Below are positions 49,135-59,824 of a stretch of 64,000 nucleotides of DNA, in pieces; position 1 is the stretch's first letter, and each line of letters starts with the position of its first letter. Where the stretch lies: the NCBI GenBank assembly GCA_964367095.1, contig CAYIXE010000001.1, forward strand, positions 2,803 to 66,802. The letters run 5' to 3'. A program made the translations under genes and the position numbers. The DNA is from an uncultured Gammaproteobacteria bacterium. GTDB taxonomy: Bacteria > Patescibacteriota > Microgenomatia > UBA10105 > UBA927. Below the pieces are notes generated by a model. That model worked only from the letters and a program-made list of their open reading frames with translations, did not search any database and was not told the origin of the DNA.

Positions 49135-49932
49135 CTATTCGCCTGCCCCGCGTATCCCGCCAACGGCGGGAGAAGTGGGGTTTTTTTGTTGCCGCTCATA
49201 GAGCTTTGCGTAAGTGATAAACATGCTAAACGCTTGATACATGCTCTCTATAACTCCGGCCGTCCCGACTCTCCATCCGCCTCTTTTTATATAGGAATCA
49301 TAAAATCCTGTTAACATAACACGAAATATGCGCCACCATACGATAGGTGGATGATTGGCTTTCAAACGAAGCCCTGCTTCAATTATTGACCACTTGTTTG
49401 TCTTTTCTACCATAGAGGTAAGTGTTCGATGCGTATCGTGTCGCAAGACTCCAACAAGATCACCTACTGTCCCTCGTATCAGTGGTGTTTCATGCACTTC
49501 CCCCACCCAACAATCGAGATCTGATCTTTTCATCAAACGAACCATATACTCAGAGTCGTAAAACTCAACTCCAAGGTATGTATTTACACGTTGAATCCTA
49601 TATGCGCTGTATTGGCGCTTCGCGCCTTTTACTGCTTCTAAAATACTCAATTGCAGCTTCTCAGAGACGAGTTCATCAGCATCAATATATAAAAGCCATT
49701 CTGCTTTCGATTCTTGGTATGCCTGATTTCTTAAATCTGCAAATGATGAAAGATCGAGTGAAATAACGCGGGCATTTGCTTTTGCTGCTACGACTTTTGT
49801 AGCATCAGTAGATTTATTATCTATGACGATAATTTCATCACAAAAAGACACCGATTGGATACATTCATCTATCCTTTCCTGCTCATCTTTAGCAAGAATT
49901 ATAGCAGAGATTCCTGATAATTTATCACTCAT
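49135..49932 (-). CDS. GT2 glycosyltransferase (WaaE/KdtX-like)
   Basis: ISAIILAKDEQERIDECIQSV...IIVIDNKSTDAT...YIDADE. Start at the ATG at 49932 (MSDKLSG...). Confidence 0.65.
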   Translation of the reverse strand: MSDKLSGISAIILAKDEQERIDECIQSVSFCDEIIVIDNKSTDATKVVAAKANARVISLDLSSFADLRNQAYQESKAEWLLYIDADELVSEKLQLSILEAVKGAKRQYSAYRIQRVNTYLGVEFYDSEYMVRLMKRSDLDCWVGEVHETPLIRGTVGDLVGVLRHDTHRTLTSMVEKTNKWSIIEAGLRLKANHPPIVWWRIFRVMLTGFYDSYIKRGGWRVGTAGVIESMYQAFSMFITYAKLYERQQKNPTSPAVGGIRGAGE

Positions 49933-50827
49933 ATCTTTTTCCCCATTTACCAAAAAGCGCATCCAAAACCGCGCGTTTTTTTATAGCACTGCCAGATGCC
50001 AAAAATCGTACTGCCTCACGAATAAGCGCAAATTTGGTTTTAAAAGGCGCGAAACGCATGCCTACCAATAATCTGTTTCTGGTCATGTAATACTCGTGAA
50101 GCTTGCTTCCAGACCCGCCCGATGACCCTGCGTTTACATGCCAAATAATAGACGATGGGAAATAACGCAAATTAAATCCGAATCGCTTTACTGCCAAACA
50201 ATAATCCAAATCCTCAAGGTATAAATAATACTTCTCGTCCAGTAATCCTACTTTCTTTATCACTTCTTTAGAAATCATAAATGAACATCCTGTCACAAAG
50301 GGCGTATCACCCGCTTTATCGTATTGTCCGTGATCCACCTCATCTACACCATTGTGTGATGCGTACATATTATCCCAATCCACAATTCCCCCGGCATACC
50401 AAAATACTCTTCCTTGCTCTTTTTTAGTATAGCGCTCTTTGTGATATTCATGCCCTGCTTGAAAATATATCTTTGAACCTACGACACCTACTGATTCGTC
50501 CTCAAAAGCGTTAAGAATGGTCAATGCATTTAGGTCGACAATTGTATCGTTATTAAGAAGCCATACATAATCAGCACCTCTCAACAGTGCTTCGCGTATA
50601 CCAACATTATTTCCACCGGTAAAACCTAGATTATCGGATAATTTAATAATTCTAGCCCAAGGATGTGCAGTTTTAATAGCGAAAACTGAATCATTCGTCG
50701 ATCCATTGTCAACCACGATAGTGTCAACTACCGCGTCTGTTTTTCTCATCGCTTTAATCGACGCCAAGCACGCAATCGTGTCTTTTTTCCCATTCCAATT
50801 GACGATAACTATAAAAACATGCTTCAT
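49925..50827 (-). CDS. GT2 glycosyltransferase (rhamnosyltransferase-like)
   Basis: MKHVFIVIVNWNGKKDTIACL...IVVDNGSTNDS...LSDNLGFTGGNNVGI. ATGA overlap with the downstream gene. Confidence 0.7.
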   Translation of the reverse strand: MKHVFIVIVNWNGKKDTIACLASIKAMRKTDAVVDTIVVDNGSTNDSVFAIKTAHPWARIIKLSDNLGFTGGNNVGIREALLRGADYVWLLNNDTIVDLNALTILNAFEDESVGVVGSKIYFQAGHEYHKERYTKKEQGRVFWYAGGIVDWDNMYASHNGVDEVDHGQYDKAGDTPFVTGCSFMISKEVIKKVGLLDEKYYLYLEDLDYCLAVKRFGFNLRYFPSSIIWHVNAGSSGGSGSKLHEYYMTRNRLLVGMRFAPFKTKFALIREAVRFLASGSAIKKRAVLDALFGKWGKRYE

Positions 50828-51744
50828 AGAGGACATATGCGAATAAACCGACGCTTAATTTGATACCACAAAGAACGAATAGGATTTGAAGCATCGCGCA
50901 TTTTTGAGGTTAACATCCAGTACGATACATCCTTTCCCTGACGTGATAGTTCATCAGTCACGTCAAAAAGTTTAATTTCCTTTTCTCTAAACCCTTCTCT
51001 TTCCCACAGTTTTACAAATACTATAAACATATAAAATCCCTGAAGCATGGAAAGTACAAGTCCATGAAGTCCGTCTTTATATCCTCTCTGGGCAAAATAA
51101 ATTTTCACAAAATCCCGCAAAGGAAAACGCAGTGCGTCGTACCATACGACGTTGTAGCCTGAGGCAATAAACTTTTCGACCTCGCTTACCGTATAAATAT
51201 GTTCCATTTTATATAAAAACTGCTCAATGGAGTGATAATTATGATGAATAAATGGCTCATCGAGTGTTTCTGTTTGGCCATCTACATGAAGATATTCATG
51301 GACATGTTTTTCTGGGAACTTTCCTTTTCCTTTTCGAAATAACCGAAGCTGCGGGTCAGGCCACCATACACCATGACGTATCCATGTACCAAAAATAATA
51401 TTTTTGCGAGGTATCCAATACCCCGAAATAGCCGGATTATTTTCATGAAGGACTTTACCAATTGCCAAAACGAGATCTTTCGTCAGTTCTTCATCGTCAT
51501 CTAAATTAAGTATCCAATCAGTCGTCACTTTGGTAAATCCATAGTTTTTATTACTATTTAACATGAGGCTATTCTCTCGATCTATATGCGTTGCATTATA
51601 TTTTTGGGAAATAAGAAGTGTTTCCATGTCTTTCGCACTGGAAACGACAATAATCTTTGCATGGAGGGGCGCGACGGACTTTAAGCATCGGTCCAACTGA
51701 AACGGTCTTTTGTATGTAGAAACGACCACGGTACAATTTGTCAT
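50824..51744 (-). CDS. GT2 glycosyltransferase
   Basis: CTVVVSTYKRPFQLDRCL...NLDDDEE...RLFRKGKGKF. Confidence 0.65.
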   Translation of the reverse strand: MTNCTVVVSTYKRPFQLDRCLKSVAPLHAKIIVVSSAKDMETLLISQKYNATHIDRENSLMLNSNKNYGFTKVTTDWILNLDDDEELTKDLVLAIGKVLHENNPAISGYWIPRKNIIFGTWIRHGVWWPDPQLRLFRKGKGKFPEKHVHEYLHVDGQTETLDEPFIHHNYHSIEQFLYKMEHIYTVSEVEKFIASGYNVVWYDALRFPLRDFVKIYFAQRGYKDGLHGLVLSMLQGFYMFIVFVKLWEREGFREKEIKLFDVTDELSRQGKDVSYWMLTSKMRDASNPIRSLWYQIKRRFIRICPL

Positions 51745-51745
51745 A

Positions 51746-53188
51746 TTAGCTTCTCAATGATTTTATAAAGCCTAGAACGCGACTTTTATCTGTAAGATAT
51801 ATACACCCCGTGTAAAGTATAACACCCGAAAGTCCGACAAAAAAAAGTGTTACGTATGTACTCGGAACAATTTTTAGAATGGTCACATACCACAGCGCTT
51901 GTATCAAAGATGATACGACTGCACTAGAGATATTTCTTATAAATGTAAACGGCACGATCTTTTGCATCTCTTTTACAACAATCCCTATTGTAAATGTGAT
52001 AAGAAAAATAGAAAATGCGACGCCTTGGAATCCAAAAAAGTGAATAAATATCACCGTAACGACCCATGTAAGGGTAGTCCACATCACCATCAAAAGAAGT
52101 GTTGTTTTAATCTTTCCTATTGCATTGAGTGCATTGGTAAGAGGCGTTGTCAGTCCTGCAATCGCCGCGGCTCCGACGAAAAAATAAAATGACAAAAGTG
52201 CTGGTTCCCATTTCGTATACTTAGGTATCAAATGCACAAGCGGTCGGACGAAAAATAGAAGTGCTATCGAGATAGGAAAAATGGTGAGAGATAATCCGTA
52301 AATAGTTTTCTCAAGTGCTTTCCCCAAAAGTATTTTGTCATGCTGGATACGGGAAAATGCCGGAAAGGTGACGCGTATGACGCTATCCATGATAAGGCGC
52401 AAAGGAACCTCTGCCCACTTTTTCGCCCACCCCAAATATCCGACTTCAGAAAAAGGGAGCGCCTTCCCCAAAAAGATAATCAATAAATCATCTTTCACCA
52501 CAGCTAAAAATGAATTCATCTGAAACGGTATACCGAACTTTAAAAGTTTATGCGCCACACTTCTTGATATCCCAAAGCTAGGCATCCAAGGCCAAACGAT
52601 ATATGCCGTTATCACACCTAATATACCCCGACATAATACGGCCCATGAAAAGCTTGCCACACCAAGCCCCTTCCATGCCAAAAATACTGCAACGACATAA
52701 AATCCAAGTGTCTCGACAATCGTGGGGATCACGAGCCGATTAAAAGCCAAGGACCGCTCCATAAGTATTGATGGAATAGTTTTTAACGATGATAAGAAAA
52801 ATGACACGACGAGAGCGCGAAACAGCCACACGCCTGATGCATCCAGCATATAAAAATCGCCTATCTTATATGAAAAAAATAAGGCAATGGTTACAGCAGA
52901 ACCTACCAGAAGCTGCTGGATGGTAAAGGTCGTCTGAAGATCTTCTGTAGTAAGATCATCCTTTTTTTGCACGAGGGCGGCGGCCAATCCTATATCTGAA
53001 AAGTATCCCAAAAACGAAATAACAGCAGACACGACATAGTACACACCAAATATCGAAGGAGTCAAAAGAAGTGTCAAAAGAAACGTCGCAACAAATCCTA
53101 CAATCTGCAACGTAAAAGTTCTTGCGGTAAGAGCCACCATCCCTTTTACTGACTTTGATTTAATGTCTTTTATATCAGTGTCTGTCAT
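51746..53188 (-). CDS. Wzx-type oligosaccharide flippase (MOP/PST family)
   Basis: 480 aa, about 12-14 TM. N-terminus SVKGMVALTARTFTLQIVGFVATFLLTLLLTPSIFGVYYVVSAVISFLGYFSDIGLAAALVQ. Confidence 0.7.
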   Translation of the reverse strand: MTDTDIKDIKSKSVKGMVALTARTFTLQIVGFVATFLLTLLLTPSIFGVYYVVSAVISFLGYFSDIGLAAALVQKKDDLTTEDLQTTFTIQQLLVGSAVTIALFFSYKIGDFYMLDASGVWLFRALVVSFFLSSLKTIPSILMERSLAFNRLVIPTIVETLGFYVVAVFLAWKGLGVASFSWAVLCRGILGVITAYIVWPWMPSFGISRSVAHKLLKFGIPFQMNSFLAVVKDDLLIIFLGKALPFSEVGYLGWAKKWAEVPLRLIMDSVIRVTFPAFSRIQHDKILLGKALEKTIYGLSLTIFPISIALLFFVRPLVHLIPKYTKWEPALLSFYFFVGAAAIAGLTTPLTNALNAIGKIKTTLLLMVMWTTLTWVVTVIFIHFFGFQGVAFSIFLITFTIGIVVKEMQKIVPFTFIRNISSAVVSSLIQALWYVTILKIVPSTYVTLFFVGLSGVILYTGCIYLTDKSRVLGFIKSLRS

Positions 53189-53915
53189 ACTGTAAATTTT
53201 TCCAGGGACGCGTCATAAACAGACGGTACAAACCCTTAAGATCGCCGAATGCAGTTTTTAGAACTCGTACTGTGGACCCAGGATTATCTACCCACCGAAC
53301 CGGTTCTTCATAAATGCGTATCCCGCTTTTTTCGGCAAGAACAAGTAATTCTGTATCAAAAAACCACTCGTTATCTCTAATTCTTGGAAGAATTGTGCGG
53401 GCAATCGTCGAGGACATGGCTTTAAATCCACACTGTGCATCCGAAAAATTAACAAAAAAGAATAGTTTAATGAGGATAATATACATTTTTGATGTAATAG
53501 TTCGAAGCGCTGATCTGCCGTACACAAGTGATCCAGCCGCATTTCGCGTCCCGATTGAGATGTCGTATCCTCGGGAAAGCGAATGAATCAGAGCTGGTAA
53601 ATGCCTAAGATCGCTTGATAAATCAATATCCATATAACAAACAAATCGTGCCGTGCTTTGAAGCCAGGCTTTTTTCACTGCTCGGCCTCTTCCTTTTTCT
53701 TTAAGGTGAATGCTTGAGACGATGGCGTATTTTTTTGTCATCGCATTGGCTATTTCATACGTTTTATCGGTTGATGCATTATCAGCAATTACGATTGTTG
53801 TTTTATACTCTTTAAGATGTGTGGTAACAAAAAAGACAAGCGTCTCCACACTTGAAGAAAGATCCTCTTCTTCGTTGTACACCGGCAATATTATGTCAAG
53901 CGTTATTTTTTTCAT
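53175..53915 (-). CDS. GT2 polyprenyl-phosphate sugar synthase-like (DPM1-like)
   Basis: LDIILPVYNEEEDL...IVIADNASTDKTYEIA...KGRGRAVKKAW. Confidence 0.65.
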   Translation of the reverse strand: MKKITLDIILPVYNEEEDLSSSVETLVFFVTTHLKEYKTTIVIADNASTDKTYEIANAMTKKYAIVSSIHLKEKGRGRAVKKAWLQSTARFVCYMDIDLSSDLRHLPALIHSLSRGYDISIGTRNAAGSLVYGRSALRTITSKMYIILIKLFFFVNFSDAQCGFKAMSSTIARTILPRIRDNEWFFDTELLVLAEKSGIRIYEEPVRWVDNPGSTVRVLKTAFGDLKGLYRLFMTRPWKNLQYDRH

Positions 53916-55560
53916 ATCGAATATAAAAAACTATACAAAACACGCCGGTTAAAAAGCTTAGTATATTTGCTGCCCGCCGCACAGGCGTATCAGATAGACG
54001 TAATTCTACTACACTCTCGCCTTCTAATACTTGAAGGATTGGAAATCCATCCGCAATCGTTGCCTTTATTTCTTTTCCATTGACACTATAATGCCATCCC
54101 GGAAACCACGCCTTCAATATGCGCACAGGCTGAGCAGAAGAAGAAACGATTCTTGCTTTCAAATAGTTTGATTTTTGGACAATGCTTACACTCTTAATCA
54201 AACCCTCAGATTCAAAAATAGAATCATTCTTAAGTGAAGAACTCTTAGGGCGGATAAGATCATAAGGCAAATACTCATCAGATATTTTGGAGACGCGCAC
54301 CTTTAATTCGTTGACTGATTCATAATCGTCAATCGGTCTATACGTTTTTTGCTGCGGCCGAAATTCCTGCTGGTTTACGATGAGAACAAGTATGATAATA
54401 CTGACGGCAAAGACTCGCCTCATCAAAGATCTACTTTGTGTAAATGCCGTCGCAGCAACTACCGACAGAGCAAACGAAGCACTGCTTAAAAACCGCCACG
54501 GATATTGAATATACGAAAAACCCGGAATATACTCCCAAACACTAGCTGATATTGGAAGCATAAAAAATACACTAAGAAAAAATATAATAAACCCAAAAAG
54601 AAGAATCCGACGGGTATTTGATAGAGTAAATCGATGCACAAAGAAAAGAAACATAGCATAGAGAAACAGTGCCAAATGAATAGTTCCAAGCTTAAATGAC
54701 ATGCCGTCAATACATCCTGAAGTGGAACCCCCAAAGCCCCATGGGGAATTGATAAATTGTGATACACACACAAAATGCGATCGAAAATCAGCAGAGCCGC
54801 CTGCCTGGGCTGCAACATTTGTATACCCCATCTCAAAAAGTGCCGGCAGCCAAAAAAACGCACTGAGTAATAATCCAATACCAACCTCTAAAAGATAAAT
54901 AGAAAGCACTGAATCAACGTTCTTCTTTCGAAATTTTGAAACACCCGCATACACTCCAATCCATAACACATAAAATATCACCCAAACATATCCTGATATC
55001 GTGTGGGATAAAATAGTAAGTGCGATGCCAAGAGAACCGACAAACACAGTCTTAGGCTTCACCTTTGACAATAAAGGTGCCGCAATACCATAAAAAAGAA
55101 GAGGCAAAAATGCCGTCGCGTAGAGCTCTCCTACGGCCCCTCGTACATACAATTGCACCGCATGGTACGGCGCGTACATAAAAAGAATCGCGGAGACAGC
55201 CGCCGCCATAACACCAAGAAACTGTTCAAGTACTAAAAATGCCAATAAAGGAGCCAAAATCATGCCAAGTCCCATCATGATCTTTGTAGCAAACATCGCA
55301 GGAATCCCTAAATTTGTTAACGCACCGCCTATATAGTATGGAAGCGGTCCATAAAAATTAAATATCGGATATCCATAGCCGTATCCTAAATCACTCACCC
55401 AACGCACGGGAAACTGTCCATCAGAAAGTGATCGTGCCATAGATACAACTCTGCCAACTTGGGTGTCATCATGCATCGGGAAATACGATGGCCCCAAAAG
55501 AGACAAGATGCCAAATGTAGAAAGGAGAATAACTGCAAGAAGGACAATTATTTTTTTCAT
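53896..55560 (-). CDS. GT-C fold membrane glycosyltransferase, short YfhO-like paralog (4 of 5)
   Basis: FPMHDDTQVGRVVSMARSL...FPVRWVSDLGYGYGYPIFNFYGPLPYY. C-terminal WFPGWHYSVNGKEI...LEGESVVELR. Confidence 0.5.
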   Translation of the reverse strand: MKKIIVLLAVILLSTFGILSLLGPSYFPMHDDTQVGRVVSMARSLSDGQFPVRWVSDLGYGYGYPIFNFYGPLPYYIGGALTNLGIPAMFATKIMMGLGMILAPLLAFLVLEQFLGVMAAAVSAILFMYAPYHAVQLYVRGAVGELYATAFLPLLFYGIAAPLLSKVKPKTVFVGSLGIALTILSHTISGYVWVIFYVLWIGVYAGVSKFRKKNVDSVLSIYLLEVGIGLLLSAFFWLPALFEMGYTNVAAQAGGSADFRSHFVCVSQFINSPWGFGGSTSGCIDGMSFKLGTIHLALFLYAMFLFFVHRFTLSNTRRILLFGFIIFFLSVFFMLPISASVWEYIPGFSYIQYPWRFLSSASFALSVVAATAFTQSRSLMRRVFAVSIIILVLIVNQQEFRPQQKTYRPIDDYESVNELKVRVSKISDEYLPYDLIRPKSSSLKNDSIFESEGLIKSVSIVQKSNYLKARIVSSSAQPVRILKAWFPGWHYSVNGKEIKATIADGFPILQVLEGESVVELRLSDTPVRRAANILSFLTGVFCIVFYIRYEKNNA

Positions 55561-57095
55561 GGTTTAAATTTCATTCGTATCATCCACTCGATATATAAAA
55601 TAATAAACCCCAATGAAATGATATCTGCCACCAACCGGAATCCCGTCTCACGAAATGATGCCTCCAACCTGTGTTTGCCTTTAGGGACTGTAATATGCAT
55701 TACTCCGTATGGATTTTTATACTCGATAGGGGTAAGTACGCCATTTAATGCAACTCCCCATCCTGGATAATAAATTGTATTTATAGAAATCAGACTTTCA
55801 GCCTTGGCATCTATAATGCCGTCTATCCGTTGTACAGTATCCTGACTGGAAAAAAATTCTGCATCTCCTGACAGGACTTCTACTTTTTGGGCAGCACGGA
55901 TGGTTTGTATCGTTTGTACCCACCGAGGCATATATTCATTCTTCACGGTAGTCGTCGCTTCGTTTGTACTGTAATACCCTTCACCATGATCGACATAAAC
56001 GATTGCACTCTGCGAAACTAAAACAATATATACGAGTGAACACGTCAGAATAAATACAACGATACCTTTTATTTTGTTGGGTACAAATGACAGCATGGAA
56101 GACACCGTAAATGCACCAATAAAAGACGCCAATGATAAGAATCGATAGGGAAATTGGACATAAAAGCTAAGTTGTGGAATCAATTTCCAGACAAACATAC
56201 TTATGGGTAACGCCAGCGCCGCACTGCAAAGTGTTACTACAGCAGATGTTTTTTCAAAAACAGTAATTTTATGCTTTGCAAAAAATAATAGAACAAGTGA
56301 TGAGATAAAACCTATTCCTAAAAGCGGCCACTGATCAAGCCGTATGAAATACGATAACGAATCAGCGACACGTATGCTGTCAAACAACACAAATCGTCTT
56401 TCGTAAAGCGCCGGCAGCCAAAAAAATGTCGCCATCCCTATACCAATACCTATACTTTTTATATAAAGAAAACGCTTGCTTTGCATGAATGAAAACAAAA
56501 GAAAAACACCCAAAAATAAAAGTGCTAACGAATTATGACTGACGAGCAAAACAGCAGTTGCGACAGGGATAACCCATAAAACATTTGAAACAATACCGTA
56601 AAACAGAATACTTGCCGGAAGAAACGCAAACAGCTCTCCCACCGACCCTCTTTTAAATAAATCAAATACGACATACGGACTTAATACAAACGATATGGCG
56701 CCTACTGTTGCTTCAAGCAAATGATATTTTTTCCTAAGCGTCAAATATAATACTACTGCCGACCCGACGACAGATATCGAAAGCACGATCTTTATAACAT
56801 CGACATACGAAAATCCAAAAAGTCGAACGAATGATCCAACATACAAAAATCCAGGATATAAAAAATTTGCGACCGGATACCCGTAATTATGGTATAAACG
56901 GCCCAAGAATCGTACAGGAAATTGACCCTCTGCCAAACTTTGATAAAACGCCGAGAGACGAATGATCATCCAGTCTCCATCATCCGTGACAAAAAATCCG
57001 CGGTAAAACAACGGCCACAATAAAAGTATCGATGCTAATAATATGGCGCCAATTCCAAGCCATTCGTATGGAGTCTTGTGTGGTTTTATGGTCAT
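55557..57095 (-). CDS. GT-C fold membrane glycosyltransferase, short YfhO-like paralog (5 of 5)
   Basis: FFVTDDGDWMIIRLSAFYQSL...FPVRFLGRLYHNYGYPVANFLYP. C-terminal YYPGWGVALNGVLTPIEY...VPKGKHRLEASF. Confidence 0.5.
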   Translation of the reverse strand: MTIKPHKTPYEWLGIGAILLASILLLWPLFYRGFFVTDDGDWMIIRLSAFYQSLAEGQFPVRFLGRLYHNYGYPVANFLYPGFLYVGSFVRLFGFSYVDVIKIVLSISVVGSAVVLYLTLRKKYHLLEATVGAISFVLSPYVVFDLFKRGSVGELFAFLPASILFYGIVSNVLWVIPVATAVLLVSHNSLALLFLGVFLLFSFMQSKRFLYIKSIGIGIGMATFFWLPALYERRFVLFDSIRVADSLSYFIRLDQWPLLGIGFISSLVLLFFAKHKITVFEKTSAVVTLCSAALALPISMFVWKLIPQLSFYVQFPYRFLSLASFIGAFTVSSMLSFVPNKIKGIVVFILTCSLVYIVLVSQSAIVYVDHGEGYYSTNEATTTVKNEYMPRWVQTIQTIRAAQKVEVLSGDAEFFSSQDTVQRIDGIIDAKAESLISINTIYYPGWGVALNGVLTPIEYKNPYGVMHITVPKGKHRLEASFRETGFRLVADIISLGFIILYIEWMIRMKFKP

Positions 57096-58621
57096 TGTTT
57101 TGATGGTGGCGTAGGGAGAGGAAGTGCCACTTTATAAAGTCGCATATATTTGCCTTCCCGCTTGCCTTTTTGATATTCCCCTAAAAGAGTCAAAGCCCAT
57201 CCTATTGGAGGTGTTTGTTTTGCATTGAGCACAAGATACGTTGATCCCTTTTTGACAGCCGTAAATACCTCGGCTGGAGTCTCTTCCGGTATAGGCCAAA
57301 TGCCTTTGATCGTGACATTGGGGTTTGATACCAAATATATCTCAAGTGCATATGGGAGTAACCCGAATGTCCCATCGGTAAAAACACTAATAGGAGAAAC
57401 AGACGCTTCATTTCGTAAAAATGAAACCACCTGCGGCACTCCCCATCCTGATGGCCAATCTTCTAAATACTGCGACCTATCAGAAACGGGAAGTGATGCA
57501 TTCCATGGATCAGAAATTACCGAATAACTTATCACCATGCTTGGCAAAATAAGAATTAACACAAACACTATTTTTATAATAGGACGTGTTATTCTATCCC
57601 AAATTCTAACAATCGCATCAGCCCCAACGATAAGAAGCGGAATGGTCATAAAAAGTATAAATCTGGGATACAACACTTTCCCGAAGTTAGAAAGGGCCAC
57701 AAACGGCAACCCCCACCAAAGATAGAGAAGAATCCGTTCTCGCCACTTAGGAGTCATAAATAATAATGGTGCAAAAACAGCTACAAATATTGGGAGTGTC
57801 AAATATGAACGCAGCCAATCAAACATGCCTCTTAGATTTCCTGTCAAATACCGGAAAGGCTCAAGCATCCACTCTGAAAAAGTAAACAAAAACACACCGT
57901 TTTTTTGACCTACCATGTGAAAAAATGGTGAGAGACGTAAAATACTATATACCACTTGCGACAATACGGCTGCTATAAAAACAAACCCGACAAATTGCAA
58001 TAATCTTTTTATCAATTGATCTTTCCGCCAATCAAATAAAATCAAGCTAAATGGTACTAAATAGAGGCTTAAAAATCCTGAACTTTTATTGAGCATTCCC
58101 GCTCCCAATAAAAGCCCCAATAGAAGCGCCGTATCAAGTCGCGGCTTGGACACCAGAAGTATAGCAAGGTATAAATTCCATATAGAAAACGCACTCACCA
58201 TCGAATCATAGAGTGCCATCCGGTCATACAGCATGGTAAACGGAGATAACAAATATATAATTGATGCAACCCACGCTACCCTGACACTTAAAAATAACCT
58301 GTATGCCACTGCCCATACTCCAAGAAGCGTTAAAGCGCCGGCCAATACAGAGGTGAGCCTTCCGACAAACAGTGGGTCAAAAGGCACGAGGCGCAGCAAA
58401 ATCATCATGATCCATGTAAACATCGGCTGCTTCCCGTCGGTTAACGATATGAATCGCCAATTAGCGTCTTGTGCGCCAATTTGAGACCATCGTATATATA
58501 TTGCTTCATCCGTGAATATAGGAAGAGCAGTCAAGTTGGCAAGCCTCGTCCACGCGTAGACTGCTAAGATAAGTACAGCGCCTAAAACAAATCCAAAGAG
58601 GCTCTTTTTATTCCACCGCAT
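57092..58621 (-). CDS. ArnT-like GT-C glycosyltransferase
   Basis: LPIFTDEAIYIRWSQ first-loop DE motif. Polytopic. The track start at 58687 is TTG; the ATG at 58621 (MRWNKKSLFGF...) is preferred. Confidence 0.45.
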   Translation of the reverse strand: MRWNKKSLFGFVLGAVLILAVYAWTRLANLTALPIFTDEAIYIRWSQIGAQDANWRFISLTDGKQPMFTWIMMILLRLVPFDPLFVGRLTSVLAGALTLLGVWAVAYRLFLSVRVAWVASIIYLLSPFTMLYDRMALYDSMVSAFSIWNLYLAILLVSKPRLDTALLLGLLLGAGMLNKSSGFLSLYLVPFSLILFDWRKDQLIKRLLQFVGFVFIAAVLSQVVYSILRLSPFFHMVGQKNGVFLFTFSEWMLEPFRYLTGNLRGMFDWLRSYLTLPIFVAVFAPLLFMTPKWRERILLYLWWGLPFVALSNFGKVLYPRFILFMTIPLLIVGADAIVRIWDRITRPIIKIVFVLILILPSMVISYSVISDPWNASLPVSDRSQYLEDWPSGWGVPQVVSFLRNEASVSPISVFTDGTFGLLPYALEIYLVSNPNVTIKGIWPIPEETPAEVFTAVKKGSTYLVLNAKQTPPIGWALTLLGEYQKGKREGKYMRLYKVALPLPTPPSKQ

Positions 58622-58658
58622 AGCCTCATTATATAAAATAAGAGACAACACAAGCAAA

Positions 58659-59807
58659 TCAGCGAAAACGACCGCTTCTTCTCTCAAAAACGAAAAATGA
58701 AATAATGGAGCTAATGATGGAGACGATAATTATCGTTGTTTTTACCTGTTGACCGTAAGGCGTAAAGCTTCCTATATACAAATATGGCACGTATGAAAGC
58801 AATAAACCACATGAAAGTATAGAAAAGGCAATGTACATGCCTTTTTGTGACGGCTCTAAAGCAACAAATGGCATCACCCAGACAAGATACCACGGTAGAA
58901 ACTCGCGCTTTAGTATAACGATTACCAGTCCAACTATCATTGCTACTAGCATCCAGCTCGTACGCTTTTTAAGCATATACAAAGGAACCAGCATTATAGT
59001 CATCAGCTTTGATGCTATCGACATCGAAAGCCAAAACAATGCCGATATCATATCCCTTTTCTGTAGATACCAAAGACTCACGAGTACAAATGCTGAAAGC
59101 ACGATATCATTGTGAGAACTCACCAGCGTTTCAACGATTATCAAGGGGTTTAAAGCAAACAACGCCAAGCCAAATGCCGCTTCTGTTGGTTTTTCTCTTG
59201 AAAGAATTTTTTCAATCATTTTACATGCGAGAAGATAAAATAATGCGACCAATAGTTTCATGTTTACCATAATGAGGATAAAGTATCCGAATCCCAAAAG
59301 ATATGGAATAAGTGAGAAAAATATCCATAATGGAGCGTATGCTGTGGATAAATGTGTCCATCGCATAAAATTTAGCCATGGATCTATACCTGCAAACATA
59401 AGGGGAATAATCTCATATGGGTTTTTGTGATACACAAGTATTGTTTTAGCAGTGAACATATAATTGAAAAAATCATACGAAAGAAAAGCGGGATAAGAAA
59501 AAATAAGAACTACTACCAGTATATAAATTATCTTCCATATTTTATTGCGATTTATACTCTTATTCTTGACAAGTGACAAAACCTGAAAATACAACAAATA
59601 AAACAGAGAAACAATACCAATGTACGCAAACGTTGAAAGAGGCCGATTATAAAACCCAATATATTGAAAGGATTTTTGCAGGGACTGGACGATACTTGCC
59701 CGAGAAAGCGTTAAGTTCAAATCAACTTGTGTATACGAGTATAAAAACAACGCGATAACAGAAATGATGTACCCTATGATAACAAAATGTGACGGTTTGT
59801 TTTTCAC
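58659..59807 (-). CDS. polytopic membrane protein, DUF2029/GT87-like putative GT-C glycosyltransferase (GTG start)
   Basis: SYPAFLSYDFFNYMFTAKTILVYHKNPY, paralogous to 22757 (SYPALSHDIFNYILTAKVAFFYHENPY). The start codon reads GTG at 59805-59807, with no in-frame ATG nearby. Confidence 0.4.
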   Translation of the reverse strand: MKNKPSHFVIIGYIISVIALFLYSYTQVDLNLTLSRASIVQSLQKSFQYIGFYNRPLSTFAYIGIVSLFYLLYFQVLSLVKNKSINRNKIWKIIYILVVVLIFSYPAFLSYDFFNYMFTAKTILVYHKNPYEIIPLMFAGIDPWLNFMRWTHLSTAYAPLWIFFSLIPYLLGFGYFILIMVNMKLLVALFYLLACKMIEKILSREKPTEAAFGLALFALNPLIIVETLVSSHNDIVLSAFVLVSLWYLQKRDMISALFWLSMSIASKLMTIMLVPLYMLKKRTSWMLVAMIVGLVIVILKREFLPWYLVWVMPFVALEPSQKGMYIAFSILSCGLLLSYVPYLYIGSFTPYGQQVKTTIIIVSIISSIISFFVFERRSGRFR

Positions 59808-59824
59808 AATTTTATAATTTGGGC

